Source: Epiperipatus broadwayi (lineage: Eukaryota > Animalia > Onychophora). From it: a DNA stretch of 64,000 nt. Where the stretch lies: positions 6,758,001 through 6,822,000 of the forward strand of contig JAQFVV010000010.1 in assembly GCA_028023455.1 (NCBI GenBank). The letters run 5' to 3'. The position numbers were made by a program, and so were the translations under genes. Position 1 is the first letter of the stretch. The number at the start of each line of letters is the position of its first letter. The notes below the pieces were generated by a model, which ran no database searches, was not told the origin of the DNA, and saw only the letters and a list, made by a program, of their open reading frames with translations. Positions 40,101-54,613 of the stretch are shown here, piece by piece.

Positions 40101-40982
40101 TACTGATATAACTGTAATGGGTAAACTAAGGTCATTTGATGAGGACAGGTGACATTTTACTGATTTATAAGTTAACATGCTTGTAATTTTGATGTAATAT
40201 ACAAAAGGAAAATTTATCAAACATATAACAATTATACAAAAAATATACTATATAAAATATTTAAATGGCCGCACTTATAAAAATGTGAATGTAAATAATA
40301 GATTATTTATTTTTGTAAATATGCACAGATTTCTTCACTTTAATAACATTCCCTTTATTGAAAAATTTATTCTAGAAATTCGCTGGAGAGATTGTCCTAA
40401 AATTAAAGATTAAATTAGAATAGAATTTGTATGCAAATAAAACTAGTTGCATACAAATTAGATCAAATATATATTTATCCCCTAGGGAATGAAGAAGAGG
40501 GAGGAAGCAGATAAAATGGTTAGACTGGAGTAAAGTTAATATTGATTTTAAGTGATAAAAGATCAGCAGTGAAAAATAATCAATGGTAGACCAGTAGATT
40601 GACTAGCAGTGATTAAAGACTAAACGGAACAGTGACAAGAAAGAAGCAGTTACTTGTTTGTGTACTGAAATGGTTATTACCAGCAAAGAGTAATTAACTG
40701 AAACTTAACAAAACTGCACGAGACAAGTTGAAAACAGTGATGGTTAATATATAATGTATAAATTGGGTATGCTGATGTAAGCACTTATAAGTTATATATG
40801 TTTATTTGATTTTCAAGAGACATTTGATTTAAAAGCACAAATATAATAACTGGACTCCTGATGTGGAAAAAGCCTATTTTCACCCAAGGATAATAAACAG
40901 CATATGAATATTAATGGACTATTACCTTTTTATGTTGTTTTTATCACATTATTATTGTTATTAAATAAATCTTATTATATAT

Positions 40983-41528
40983 TGTAACGGTGACCCCTCT
41001 CTATATCACCCGAGATTACGGGCTTCGAAACAAACATGACATAGCGTAAGGCTTTATTTTTTTTCTTACATCGACAGTTATTCACGATCCACATAAGGGG
41101 GCGCCAGATACGATTATTTAAGTTGATTTTAACTACTCGCATCACCTTACATCATGTCAAAACGATTTCGAAGTCTAATCCCACCCACTAGCTCAAAACT
41201 CCCAGCATGGACCAATAAGGTGTCTCAAGGTTGTTACATGTTTGTTTCTAAAATGACTCCTCCCGGAGAAGACGCGTTGTCCGCTAATGAAGATCAGCAA
41301 GGTTTTCTAATAAGTCGATCACGGCATAAAGATCATTTATTGGTTATCACTGACCTATGAGGTTGTTCGCTTACGCCCCGAACACAAGGCTTACAAGTTC
41401 ATCCCCCCGCTTTATTGTATATAACATAATTTATTGACGTTTACTTTGATTATAGACCCGCCCGCTCTTAAATCTATCTTAACTAAGGTGAAATAAGAAA
41501 CATCGTGACTTACGGCACGATGGTGACA
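40983..41528. mobile_element. Young solo LTR (546 bp)
   Basis: TGTAACGG...GGTGACA ends; abrupt switch to CpG-rich, higher-GC sequence; no clear TSD. Confidence 0.55.
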
Positions 41529-41549
41529 TAATTAATAAAATAACTAAAT

Positions 41550-43070
41550 GAAAATTAAAATTAACTAAATCTACTTCAAAGATAAGTTATCAAAGAATAA
41601 ATAACTACGGTTTTGATTGTGTGTGAAAAGATTTGAGATATGCTCGACTTGATTAGATATTGAACAAGTTTATTAAATATGAAAAGAAAACATTATTAAT
41701 TGATTTATTACACACGCGCACATACATTCACGCCCACAGAGAACCATAAGTATTCATAACACAATTTGAATAACGAGAAAGTTCCTTTCTATTTGATAAA
41801 TATATAATCTTTCCTTAGCTTCACTTATGTTCAAAGTTCATGTTTACAAAGTTCAGTAACAAAGATAAACTATTATGACGAGGAAAGTCTTAGGATTTAT
41901 TTGAGTAAATTTATGTTGGTTAATTACGAGATTGCCTTACGAGTTTATTAATTGAGTGAGTGAACAGAATAAAAAAACATATTTACCTAGGATTTGTCTT
42001 GGTTGCAACGAAGGTCGATTGGTCTGGACGAGTTTGGGTGTTTCACGGAACATTTCTTTTATTAGGAGCATTCACTTAACACGACGATGTTATCAGAATT
42101 TCATAGCTTCGGAGATATTTCAGTAGCGGAGCGCCGATCAGTCACTGAAGGGTTTATTAGCCCCTCATGACAGTCGACGCTCTTGGTATTAATTTCATGA
42201 TGATCATTTTAAATATTGAGGAATAACCAAGCTAATTCAGAACAATTCTAATTTTAAATAAAAGCATAAGCATCGGAATAAATGAGCAGGTGGTAATTCA
42301 GCGTACTGAGAATTGGAAAATAAAAAAAAACAATAATGAGAATGTATCAATCGAAATGAATCGAATCGAACTGAATCCAAACAATTCTTTCCAAATTAAC
42401 CCAAATTAATCATTGAATAGGTTTTGACTAGTATTTATAAAGGTTGATCCATATCTTGGGATCCAATCTACCCCCATAGTTCCCTGTTCTTGGAGTTGTC
42501 GTTCAGGTCCGCGTTTGAGGTACCTGCTCACTCACTCTTTGTGCTAAAGGCAATATTTATTTTGGGACAATCTCATTTTGCAATCTCACTCAACCAACCT
42601 TATTCCTTCACACCTCGAAGGCATGCGTGTGTGCGTGTGTTTTACTAGAACAATACAAGTTATTTTACATTTAGAAGTCGAGCATTTATCTTTTCCTCAA
42701 ATCTTTTCTATAAGTTTTATTCTAGTTAAAATTATATTTCTAAAATAAACATTTTTTTAATTCCCCGTGGTGATTTTGATTGATAATTATTTTTATTATT
42801 TTAGGAGTGCATATTATATTTTATTATTTAGGAAAGCAAATTATTTTTTGTTATTATTTTTATTATCTAAAGGCTTTAATCATTTAATTAGACGTTTTAC
42901 CGTCTGCATTTTATCAATGTGTTTTATAAATGTATTTATGAGAGAAAGAAAACTATTACTAATTACGAAAATAAAGTTACGAGTGTTTTATGTTGCTTGC
43001 TGGTGTGTGTGTGTTTATCGATGTATCCTAGATTTAATATTGATGTAACGCTGTCTCGTTACAATATACA
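41550..43070. promoter_or_regulatory. CpG-retaining intronic island (possible internal promoter/enhancer)
   Basis: Many CG dinucleotides versus near absence in flanking intron; no TE coding similarity recognised. Confidence 0.45.
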
Positions 43071-43169
43071 TTTCCAAATACATTATTTCTTTATTTAGTT
43101 TCCTAACTGGTCTTTACAGACTCTCATGATGCAGCAGATATATATTTTTCCACTCAATTTTAATTGACC

Positions 43170-44620
43170 CATTATAAATAAAATTAATTGATATTTTATA
43201 CATTTATTCGTATAATTATGTTTGTTGGAGTTAAAATTATTTCATATACTTTTTTTCTATTAAGTTCTTTAATGAAGTTTAAAAGTTTTATATTTTTTTA
43301 TACAATCTATTTTATGTCCACATTTAAATAGTAAATATATAACGCAGATTTATCACTTATTCTATTAATTGCATTATGTTCTTTTTATCTTTCATCTAAT
43401 GGTTCCCCTGTATGTCCACAATAAATCATATTGCAATTTCCACAATTAATTTTATATACAATTCCTTTTTTATATTATATTTTATTTTATATCTATATAT
43501 TAATTTGTCTAGATTTTTAGTATTTGTCCATCCTATGTTTATGTTTTTATTCATAAATTTTGTATTAATGTATTATAAATTTTAGATTTAATATAGGGGA
43601 TTTGAACACAGACATTCAAACTTCCTTCAGCTATCCACTTGATCTCATACAACAGATTCACATGACTCCAGGTATATAAAATATACTTGGGTTTAAAATT
43701 TTAGATTTGTACAAAAGTTTCATCCATTTACTATTAGAACTAATATTATTATTTAATGTAGTTGGTTTATAATTAAAAAGTATATTTTTAATATTTCTAG
43801 GGTTATATTCATATATAATTTTTACATAATTCAGTAAATTGTTCCTTTTGTAAATTAGTTATAATTTTATCTGTATTATATTTTATAAAATTTTTAGTAA
43901 CTGATATCTTTTGTATCCAAGCTATTATTTTGCTTAAATTTCATTATATTATCATTATCTAAGTTAATCTCTACATCTAAATATTTTATTTTAACATCAA
44001 ATTCTACTTTTAATGTTATATATATTATTAAATTCATTATAAATATGATTCATAACTCATTTGTTACTAATTATTAAAATACCATCTACACATATAGACT
44101 AAAGTATTATTTCTGGATTTATTATTCTTTTTTTTAATTATACTAAATATAAATATTGATGACCTTAACCCACTAATTGCACAACCTATTAACCATCCTT
44201 TATGTATTCTCCAATATTCATCATTATAATTAAACTATAAACCATTATGTATCAATGTTAAAATTACAAACACATGATGGACAAATAGTAAATATCTACA
44301 CAAATTAATATGTAATTATAAAATAAAAGATGATAATAAAACATAAAAAAAGGAATTATATATAAAATTAATTGTGGAAATTGGAACATGATTTACTATG
44401 GACATACAAGGAAAAAATCAGATAAAAGAGGAAAAGAACATAATAATGCAATTAATAAATGATAAACACTGCATATATTCCCTATTTAAAATATGGACAT
44501 AAAATAGATAGTATAAAAAAATATAAAACCTTTAAACTACAGTAAAGAACCTAATAAAAAAAATATATGAAGCTAATTATATTAATTACAATAAACATAA
44601 CTGTATAAATATCTATAAAA
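43170..44620. repeat. Long imperfect inverted repeat (about 370-bp arms, about 700-bp spacer)
   Basis: 43170-43550 (ctattttatgtcca...aattgcattatgttct...tttccacaatt...tatttgtccatc) is the reverse complement of 44270-44620. Confidence 0.75.
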
Positions 44621-45094
44621 CATCAATCAATTTAATTAATAATTGATCAATTAAAAATAATGTATTTTTTTATATATTTTGTATAATTGATAATTTTTTT
44701 TTTTTTTTTACATTTCTAAATGTTTGGATTGGTTTGGGGTTTTCCCATTATTTTTGGTTCTAATTAATTTTATATAAAAAATGATAGATGCCCTATCTAT
44801 GCAATGTAAGTTGAAGCTTTAAAATAGCTTGCAATTGCATTGAGGATGGCATAAAATATTAGCTGAAAAAGCTTTTTTGTATTATTGTTATAGTAATTAT
44901 ATAGAATTATTGCTGTTATATAATGGTAAACTTTAAAATCATATGACAGTATAATGGATTGAATTTCCATTTTTATTATACATTGGACTATTTCCATCGG
45001 CTAGAATTAATAATTAAATGTTTTTTTTTAGAAAAAATCAAACTTTATTTACTTTTAAAACAAATTCAACTATTTGTAATAGTTCATACGGTAG

Positions 45095-46400
45095 TATATA
45101 ACATGTTTTAAATGGCACTCTCTTCTTTAGTATTGTTTGTCTGGCCAGTGTATGGGAATCAAACATGGAATACTTAGATTCATGTATATTTAATTTAATG
45201 TGACACTTTAATCAACAGGATATTCTGTCAAAGACAACAATTGGTAGAAATTTTACATACTTATAAATGAGGGTCCACTTGATTTCTCTATTTTTTCTTA
45301 GGGAAAGATTAATGAATGGTTTCCAAATATTATGATTTATCATACTAGATTGATTTATAGTATTATTTTCCAGTATCACATGAGCAGCTATTTTAAACTT
45401 TCTTTTTACCTTTTCATCTCTATCCAATATTCCCCAATCAAACAAAGGTTCAATAATATATATATAAGAGCTGCTACTTTAGCTACATCTGTTTTTCTCT
45501 TTAATCATTACTTTGTTCTTCTTTATTTATTTTTCAATGGAATGATTGGTTTCACTGATGGGTCTTTCCACATTCACAAAGTATTTCATAGAATCAATTT
45601 TTCAGCATTTCCAATTTTGATAAGAATTCCTCATAGTGCTATTACTTTGGAAAGCTATGTATAAATGCACCACAGTGCCTGTAATTGTTCTGTCTTTTGA
45701 TGTTCCTTTTTGTCAAGGTTTTTTAAATGTTAATTGATAGATAACCATTATTTGTGACTTTGTTCTATAAGACCTTTTTTTTGGTCAAAACAATAGTTTC
45801 TGAACAAACTTTCTCTTTTCCATAGTGATAGTATAATCATTGTGCTTACGTCAAGGCTAGATGTATATGCTAACTTCTGTGTGTATAAATTTTCTGCAAA
45901 CTGCAGTTTTGATTTTTCTATGAAGAAATCTTGTCACAAGAACATGCTCTAATTCTATTGTAAATTTAATTGAAGGGATATATTACTGACATGTGCCCAG
46001 AATGTTTACAGTTGTGCTTCACCATGTCGCCATACAACAGCTATATTATTGGCACCAAGAAACCAGATCTTAAATGGAGATGGAATAATATTTATGGTAC
46101 TGGTTTTAAAAATCTCTCATGAAAATATTGCTAATTAGGGGTAACAATGGTAAACCCATAGCTAGTCTTTGATTTTGTTGAAAGAATTTTGTGTTGTATT
46201 GAAAGTATATTGTCGTTATATATAATTTTAAGAGTACCATTATAATATTGAAGAGTTTGTTCTAATTTGTAAGCTATTATCCTTATTTAATCTTTTCCTT
46301 ACAATAGACAATGTTCACCACAGGCTATGATTGTGAATAAAAAAAGTAGATACATTATATTTCAACAAAATTTAAAATTTACATAAAATCCATAAAAATC
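45095..46400 (-). mobile_element. Degenerate Penelope-like RT/GIY-YIG element
   Basis: Fragments TLSIVRKRLNKDNSL, YFQYNTKFFQQ...AMG, VVWRHGEAQL*TFWAH, PSIKFTIELE; decayed HHR-like CTAAAGA...AAACATGTTA at 45095-45135 at its 3' end. Confidence 0.8.
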
Positions 46401-46469
46401 ATATTCTATTAAAACCTATTGTTAGTTTTAGAAATTCTCCATGTCAGAATTTGTTAAGATTTCTTTTTA

Positions 46470-46770
46470 AGATTCTTAGTTCTTTTGCATATAAGAGACA
46501 GTCTTTTGTAAGAGATTCTTTGTGGAAATAATAAAAATATGAGGGTAGAAAGAACTAACATACTGCTAAGCTTTGATGTGGAAAGTTTATTCGTAAATGT
46601 ACCCTGCAATGAAGCACTAACTACTGATAGTATAATAGAACTCATAATATTTTGCATAAGAACATACTTTCAATACAACATAAAATTTTTCCACCAAAAT
46701 CAAAGGATGGTCATGAGTTCGCCAATGTCACTCCTGATCAGGAATATTATAGTATTAAAAAACATTCACT
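46470..46770 (+). mobile_element. Second Penelope-like RT fragment, opposite orientation
   Basis: ORF 46539: NILLSFDVESLFVNVPCNEAL...RTYFQYNIKFFHQNQRMVMSSPMS (PLE motifs SFDVxSLFTNVP and GxAMGSPLS). Confidence 0.85.
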
Positions 46771-47254
46771 GAAAATAAAAAGGAAAGAATTAAATGGATT
46801 TAGAAATGAAAAGATAATACAGTTATGTCAAAAATGAATGTAAAAAATAAAAAGATGAATAAAATATATGAACAGAGAAATATATAAACTAAATGATTGA
46901 GTAACTTTAAGTATTGTGTCTTTAAATAAATCATTTTATTTTACTTTAATTATTTTATGCAATACTATAAATATATGCAGATATATCAAAAACTTTAGCT
47001 TTAGAAGTAAAAGAAAAAAAAAATTATCAAAAATTATGAAGCAATAAAAAGTAATAAGTTTTGAATATAAGATTGCAAAAATTCAAGTCATAAATATTTC
47101 ATCGTTTATATATCCAGTTCCACATTCAAACAAACCAAGTAATTTATAAATACTTTACAATTTGATCAAAGTTTTTTTGTTTAATTAATTATATAGAGTT
47201 AAGAAAATTCTCCTGCTCTGAAAAAATATATTTGAATATGCTAATGGTTTACTA

Positions 47255-47555
47255 CATTAAGATAATTTAGAAGGGACTTTCAAGGTCCTTACAGTTATCC
47301 ACCATCTTATACAATTGATACACATGACCACATACATGTAAAAATAATAAATGATCTCCAATATACATATTTCGTGCTGAACCAGTACTCATCAATTGGT
47401 CCAGATCATCATCTCCCAACATGAAATAAAAACATATTGGAGATCTTTTTTTTTTTCACATGTATGTGGTCATTTGTGTGTTGTATAAGATGGAGTGGAT
47501 AGTTGCAGGAAGTTTGAAAGTCTGAGTTTAAATCCCTTCTAAATTATATTAAGTT
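47255..47555. mobile_element. Palindromic element with a family 2 hammerhead near its centre
   Basis: Arms taatttagaaggga...atgatctccaatat / atattggagatc...tcccttctaaatta. Minus 47352-47410: ACCAA TTGATGA GTACT ggttc AGCAC GAAA TATGTA T A TTGG. Confidence 0.75.
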
Positions 47556-49674
47556 CAGTATAGACAATGTACTTGTATTAAATATTACATTAAAATAAAT
47601 AAATTTGTATATAAATTACATTATTTCATTTTAAACTTGTTTATTACTGAACTAATTTAATATGAACAAATTTAGATTCATAAATCACTATTTGACTATT
47701 TAATATAATTTTTATCAAAGCACATATATTTCAAAAATTTGTCTAAAGCACAAAAATAAATTTGAAGCATTTGTCTGAAATATTACAGACCATTGCCTTA
47801 CAATGTAATTTTTTAAAAAAATTATATTTCTTAAATAATTTCTCTAATAATGTTTCATAAAAAATAAATAAGTATTTGGAAATGTGAAATACCTAATTAG
47901 TAATGATATTGTAAATGAATGCAAATTTTACCGAGATCTGATTGTTATTTTCTTATTAACTATTCATGTAAGAGTAATAAATCTTTAAATCGATATCTTT
48001 TTTCAGAATATTAGTGAAAAGACAATTCAAATTGCATTAACATGATGCAACAATGGTAGTAATACAAATCTAAAACTGTTTACCATTATAAACATAGCAT
48101 GCTCTAATTTTACTTGAAAGAAATGTTTTAATTATAGATCTAACTCCCTGCAAAAAGATGCTTAATATATTATAGTAAAAAATAGAACATTAAAACAAAG
48201 TAAAGATAAATTTAATTACTTTATTTAGAAAATTAATATATTTATATATGTAAATCTGTTGAAGGTGAAAATTTATTCAATTATCATATGAAATATGTTA
48301 GAATCTTGCAAAAATTTGTACATCCATCAGTCAATGAGTACATATATATTGTAATATATAGTTTAATAATATTTATATTAAACATTTTTTACTAGCTTAT
48401 TTGAAATATAATATTAATAAAATTGAATACCTTATGAATTGATCATTAAATTATAACATATCATTATATATATATAACTTTTGCATTTTTGAAAATTATT
48501 AGTAGCAAATTTTGGATTCACATTAAAAATAATGTCAAGGATTAATATTTTATTTAAATATATATACTATTTTAGAAGTTAATAAAATTTAATATATTAT
48601 AAAAACATATAATATTTTATGTGTGGATAAATGATTTTGTAACAGAAATAATAAATTAATATTCATATTTAGCTCATATATATATTTCAAAACCATTTTA
48701 AAATAATTAATATAACTTGATTTATTATTTAGAATGTATATGTATGCATGCATGTTTATTTTTGTCTATTTTTACTTAATATTTATTTATTTAGAGATTG
48801 TTTATTATAATGCAAATTAAATAAAAGAAAATTGTATTATTTTATTGTATAATAACTTATGTATTTAAAATTGTATAAAAATGTATAATTTTATTTTAAA
48901 AGTTATTTAATATAATAAACTCTAAATAATTATGTAAGTTAAAATATTTTAATTCTAAAAAACATGTGACTGTATGAATCTTTAAACAATGGGAATCTAT
49001 TTCAAGACCAAATCAGATAAAGTGAAAAAAGGATTTTTAGTACATCGCTATGGAAATATGATCTGATGACATAATTATGATAGAAAGAAAAGTCTATAAA
49101 TATGACTGAACTTTTTATATAGACAATCTTATTTTTATTATTTACATTCTTTTTCAAGCATTCATTCGTTCATTCCTATGCTTATATTTTAAAATTAATA
49201 TGGAAGCTGCAATGCCAGAAATAATGGGCTAAAAGAATTAAAACATTTGCCTAGAAGGCAATAATCTTCAAATTGTTTTTAATAACATCTCATCTTAGAA
49301 TAATATTTTAAACAATAATATTTTTAAGTTTTAGGAATGAAGAATGCTAACAAAGTAATTTCTTTCAAAATTCACAAAAAAATACTGTTAAAACTATTGT
49401 TTATAGTATAAATTCTGTGAAAGGAGAAAAACAAAACTTTGTAAATAAAGAAAAACAAAACTTATAAAGAACAAACAATTTATCTTACTAATACACCTAT
49501 GTTAGTGGATTTTTCTTGGAAAACATTGTGACAAAGCTGAATTCTTTAAAATTATTGTATAAAATTATTGAGGAAATTGAACAGAAGAAAACTATGGACT
49601 GTTTTAAAGAAATTTCAATCAATTTTTTTTTGCAATTGTTTTTGTTATTAAAAAGAAAGGTACTTGTGGAGAAG

Positions 49675-49702
49675 GTGCACGATGGCCGCTAGAGGCAATC
49701 TC
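49675..49702 (+). promoter_or_regulatory. Isolated CTCF-like site
   Basis: GTGCACGATGGCCGCTAGAGGCAATC with local CpG retention; imperfect match. Confidence 0.3.
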
Positions 49703-52700
49703 GGGGAAAACAGGTATCTTTATAAAGTAAAATTATATTTATTTTAGTACATAAACATCTTTAATTGTGGGAATACTGTATTATTTGTAAAGTAAGGTTG
49801 ATATAAGATTATAGTTAATATTTAGAATTACTTATTTATCTATCTAATAATATGTTTTATTTATCTTTATTTTCCAATCGTTTTGTGGCTATAGGTTTTC
49901 CTACAATATTTAGTATTTAATTATTAAATAGTAGAATAATGTTCCTATAATTTTGTATATGCATATGACTGCATCCTAATTCAAAGCCATATATTTATAA
50001 TAATAATATTGTAGATGTATTTGATATTATCTGAGGCTATATTAAATATTATACGATAAAATATAGTGAATAAAAGTAGCTTCTGAAAATAATACCATGT
50101 TAATGTTTATAGAAGAGATACAATGAAGGACTGATGTATTTATTTAATAATTATAAACAACTAAAGGAAACATATTAAGCAATATGATTATAATTTGAAT
50201 TTTATTAAAGCAAATTTTGCTTATTTTAAAAACAACCTTTCTTTAATGATATTGATTTTGTGAAACAACATATGTACTGAACTATCTACACACATTAGGA
50301 TATAAAGATACATATGACGTTTACTTATTTTTTGTTATTATTTTATTGTAAATAAAGTATAATTTTATTTTATTAAATAAATTTCTTTCATATTGTTTTT
50401 GGTCATTTTCCATGGCCAAATAATATTTTAATATGTTTTAATTATTAAAATCCCTGAGAATTAAAATCTAACCTATCTTAAAGTTAAGATCATAAAGTAT
50501 CCTAAAATTAATTGATTCATTAAGAAGAGTATAATTATTTGAGCCATCGTATTATTAGTTATTATATAATTAAAAAACATAATGAACATGTTTATTTAGA
50601 TAAGTATAGTTATTTATTTAATGTAGTTAGTTCAATTAATATCTTCAAGATTACATTTATATTTTAGTTAGTGACTATAGATGAATGCAATAAAATTCTC
50701 TTTGATACCTAGCTATAAGTTAATGGATGGACTTCTTAGTCACTTAATTATAATATTTAAAACCCTTAGAGTTCTTTCTTATTTGTCTGTTATATAATTT
50801 GGCCTGAACAGGTTGGCTACTGTTATTATTTTTGATGGATGAGCTGAGCCCATTGAAGGTTACAATATGCATAATAAAACAGTATGTATGTATTTTCATT
50901 TAATTAATTTGCATTTATTCAACAATGCTTCTTTGAGTATAACCGAAGAAAGGAAATAACAGAGGATTAGATATATCATTGAGGAATGACTATTACGATA
51001 GAAGTCTATTAGCTAAGCATCTATATTTTAAAAAAACAACCATTTTTCTTTATCATTTTCTACTATAAAATGTTTTAAGGATTATTTACTAGTAAGTGTT
51101 AGAATATGATTTAAATAAGAGTTAATTTATCTTTCTGTAGTTCTGGGAGAAAAAATGACTGTCTATGCCATATATCTTTGCAAATTATAAATAACTCTCT
51201 TCACAGTCTATTGTACAATCAATTATCATGTATTTGTTTTCAATCTAACAAATAAAAATATAGTGCAATTGAAAAGAAAAAAATAAGACTGATACTGGAT
51301 AACTGGAATGCATAAAAATAAAAGTTTTATCTGAAATTTCAAACATTAGTATCGTTTATGTGTTCAAATACAAGAATAAAGAATGGCTTTAAAATGGCTA
51401 ATGCAAAAACCAAAATGAGGACTACAAAAACTACATATATATATATATGAATAAAGTAAATACTAACAATCTGTGATTCAGCTTGATTAAAATAACTATT
51501 TGCCACCTTCAGAATGCTATTAAATCTCAATGAAAAATTTCTTATGAAATAAACATACTTGACCTCAAAGTTAAAAAACAATCCCGAAATTACAATAGTA
51601 ATTTTTAAAAAAATTAATATTGTTTAGTTTTAATATTAATGATATTAAGATAATATTTTTGAATGAAATAATTGAATATCATTAATAATTGTATTTTGTT
51701 TGATTGTGCCTAAATTTGTTGATTGAATTATAAGAAATTTCATACCATCTGTGATGGAATACATTGTTATGAATAAGAAAAATCCAGCTCATCATTCTTG
51801 ATTTATAAATTTATTATAATTTGTTTTTAATAAGAGATATAATTATTGTAATAGTTAAATAATCCAGAATAAGAGAAATATATTTATAAATGAAATTGTG
51901 AAATCAAGATGATATGGATGAAAGAATACCGGAATAAAATGATAATAGTATAGAAAATACCTAAAATTTAAATATTCTATTTTGGGTTAATTAAAAGAAA
52001 GAATTATTAAAGTTTGTTACTAACTCTTATTGTGGATATCTCTAGGAATGCATAGTTCTTTATATAATTACACCCTTTTACTCGATGTCCTCATTTTATC
52101 AAAATAAAAACGGAAGTTATCTTTATGACTTAAATTAATAATAATTATTATTAACATCTGCTACTAAATTAATCACTATCATTATAACAGGGATTATTAT
52201 TAGTTTTTTTAAATGGTTAATAATACTATATTCAGTCTTCAAAAACTAAATTTGTAATTTAACTCCAAACAGTAAATCTTGCTAAGAAACCATATTTAAA
52301 ATATTTTAATGCTTCACTAATTATTATGTTTTGATTGTTTGTTAATAAATATTACTTATCTAAAATTAAATCCTAAATATAGATAGTCAAATGATTTTAA
52401 ATTTTTTTTAGATGTGATTGTTGTTTCATTCACAGATAGATCAATCAAGTCTAGATAAACAGATACTTTAAATAAAGTAGTAGGGAGTATTCATTTCTCT
52501 TCTCTATCTTCTCTTTAGTTTGGTCCTGTTATACATATGTGGACAGTCAAAATCTGAGACTTTTAATTGCAAAATATATTATTGCCTGACCATATTTGAC
52601 TATTATTAATTCTAAAATCATAATCGGAATGATATTAAGATAAAAATGTTCTTGAATGAAAAAATTGAATATCTTTCTCTTGGACTCAACTTTTATTATA

Positions 52701-54613
52701 TATGTTTCTGAGAAACTGCTGCCAGATCTGGTTATTAAATGAGATAAATTCAGAATAACTCATAAAATAAAAGCATTTGTGCAGACAATATTAGTTTTGA
52801 GAGATAAAATCTTTTATCTAATTGTTTACAGTCTCGGCATATTTAATCTTCGTACTGAATTACTAAAAACTATAGCAATAAAAAACAATCATTGTTTGTA
52901 TTAGCTTTATTAAAACATTTTTCTGATTGATGTGATATGTTTTGTTATAGAAAATGCTTAATGGCAGCTTCATAATGTCTGCTTCTCTCAATACTGATCC
53001 CCTATCTAATTTAGATGATTTTAAAAATATCAAATAAAAACAGAAAACTATTTATTTGGATGACATTTAATGAAAGGTCATTGATCAATTCTAGTCCCCT
53101 ATTGGTTACCTAATCATTGGGAATAGCATTAAAAGTTTTAATATTTATTTTTCTTAAGTGTTTTTAGAACATGATTAAAATTAATATCATCTAGTAATCA
53201 TAATTATAAACAACAAAATATTGTAAATGAATTTTAATTAGCACTAATATAAATTTCTTAAAATGAAAAATCTTTTTAGCAATTAATTTAGGGATATAGA
53301 TTATGAGAAACAAAAGACCCTCAAAATATATTATCCATTATTAATGAATTAGGGATGCTAAATTCTAAATATGTAAAATATATATACACATAAACCTTCA
53401 TCTTTTTAATGAAAGCATGCATTTACATTTTGCCTCAAATATTCTCTGTTCTCTATAGGGCCAAATTCATAATTATATATAAGATTAAAAAACTTCAGGG
53501 TCTTTAAAATTCATGGACTGTTAGACACTAAAGTGAATATTAAATAACAACTATTAATTTTAATACCTACTGCATATATAATTATTACACTTCCTGACTA
53601 CTAAAGATTTATTTTTCCATCTGCACTGTATTTTTATAACAAAAAAAATATAACATAAGCAATTAAATTTTTTTAAACTTTAGTTTCTAAGGCAAAATTC
53701 ATCCTGTTTTTTAATCAGAGCTAGCAATTAAAATGTATTTAGATATGGATATCCCTCTCAAAATCTGCTGATCAATAATGAATGAATTAATTAAAAATTA
53801 GTAAAAACAAAAATTAACTTTTTTAGTTGAACTAAAACATCTCTCACAAAATATATTAGTTCAATGAACAATTGATGTATGATATAAAATGTTTCATTAT
53901 AAGTTTTGCTTTTAGAAATCAAATAACATGCACTTAGAAAATCATATGACTTTCAGATACCAGAAATGACAGAGCTGAGATGTAATCTACAGACCTTTAA
54001 TTCTTGAGTTTGCCATACATTAAACTATGCAGAGCCTTTTAGAAGCATAACTAAAACTTATATTATTAATTTGCTGTACTATACAACAAAACAAAAAAAG
54101 CAAACATTATGATCTAATTTCAAAAAATTCGTAAAAATAAAGACTATGGAGAGGTAAAATAAAAATTTAAAGTCAATCAGATCAGGGAATGAAAATATTT
54201 CTATACATAATATTTATCCAGATACCTGGACCTTAATGTGGCAGCATCTGAGACTCTAGCATGAGATCTTTGCCACTAAGAAGCACTACAAATTATTACA
54301 TTGTCTTCTTCTTAATGTAAATATGTAAAATATATAATTATATTTAATTCCACATACCATTAAATTTAAAATTCCTACAAATTCTATTACTATCTTATGT
54401 ATATGGAGGGGAGGGCTCAATGTAATGATGAATAAAGTCCTTTAAAACATAAAATATAAACTTATAATGCATCATCAATGATGTTTTTAATTTAATTAAT
54501 TTTAATTAAATATAAATTTAGTGCTACATTTTTGCTCTTATCATGGTATAATAGCAGTACGGTTAATATGCATTCACACACATATAAATTAAGTTTTAAA
54601 AAAAATCAACAAC

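Noticed and set aside
49055-49100. CTGATGA CATAATTATG ATA GAAA
   Set aside because: Stem II is not adjacent to GAAA and there is no stem I or III; chance in AT-rich DNA.
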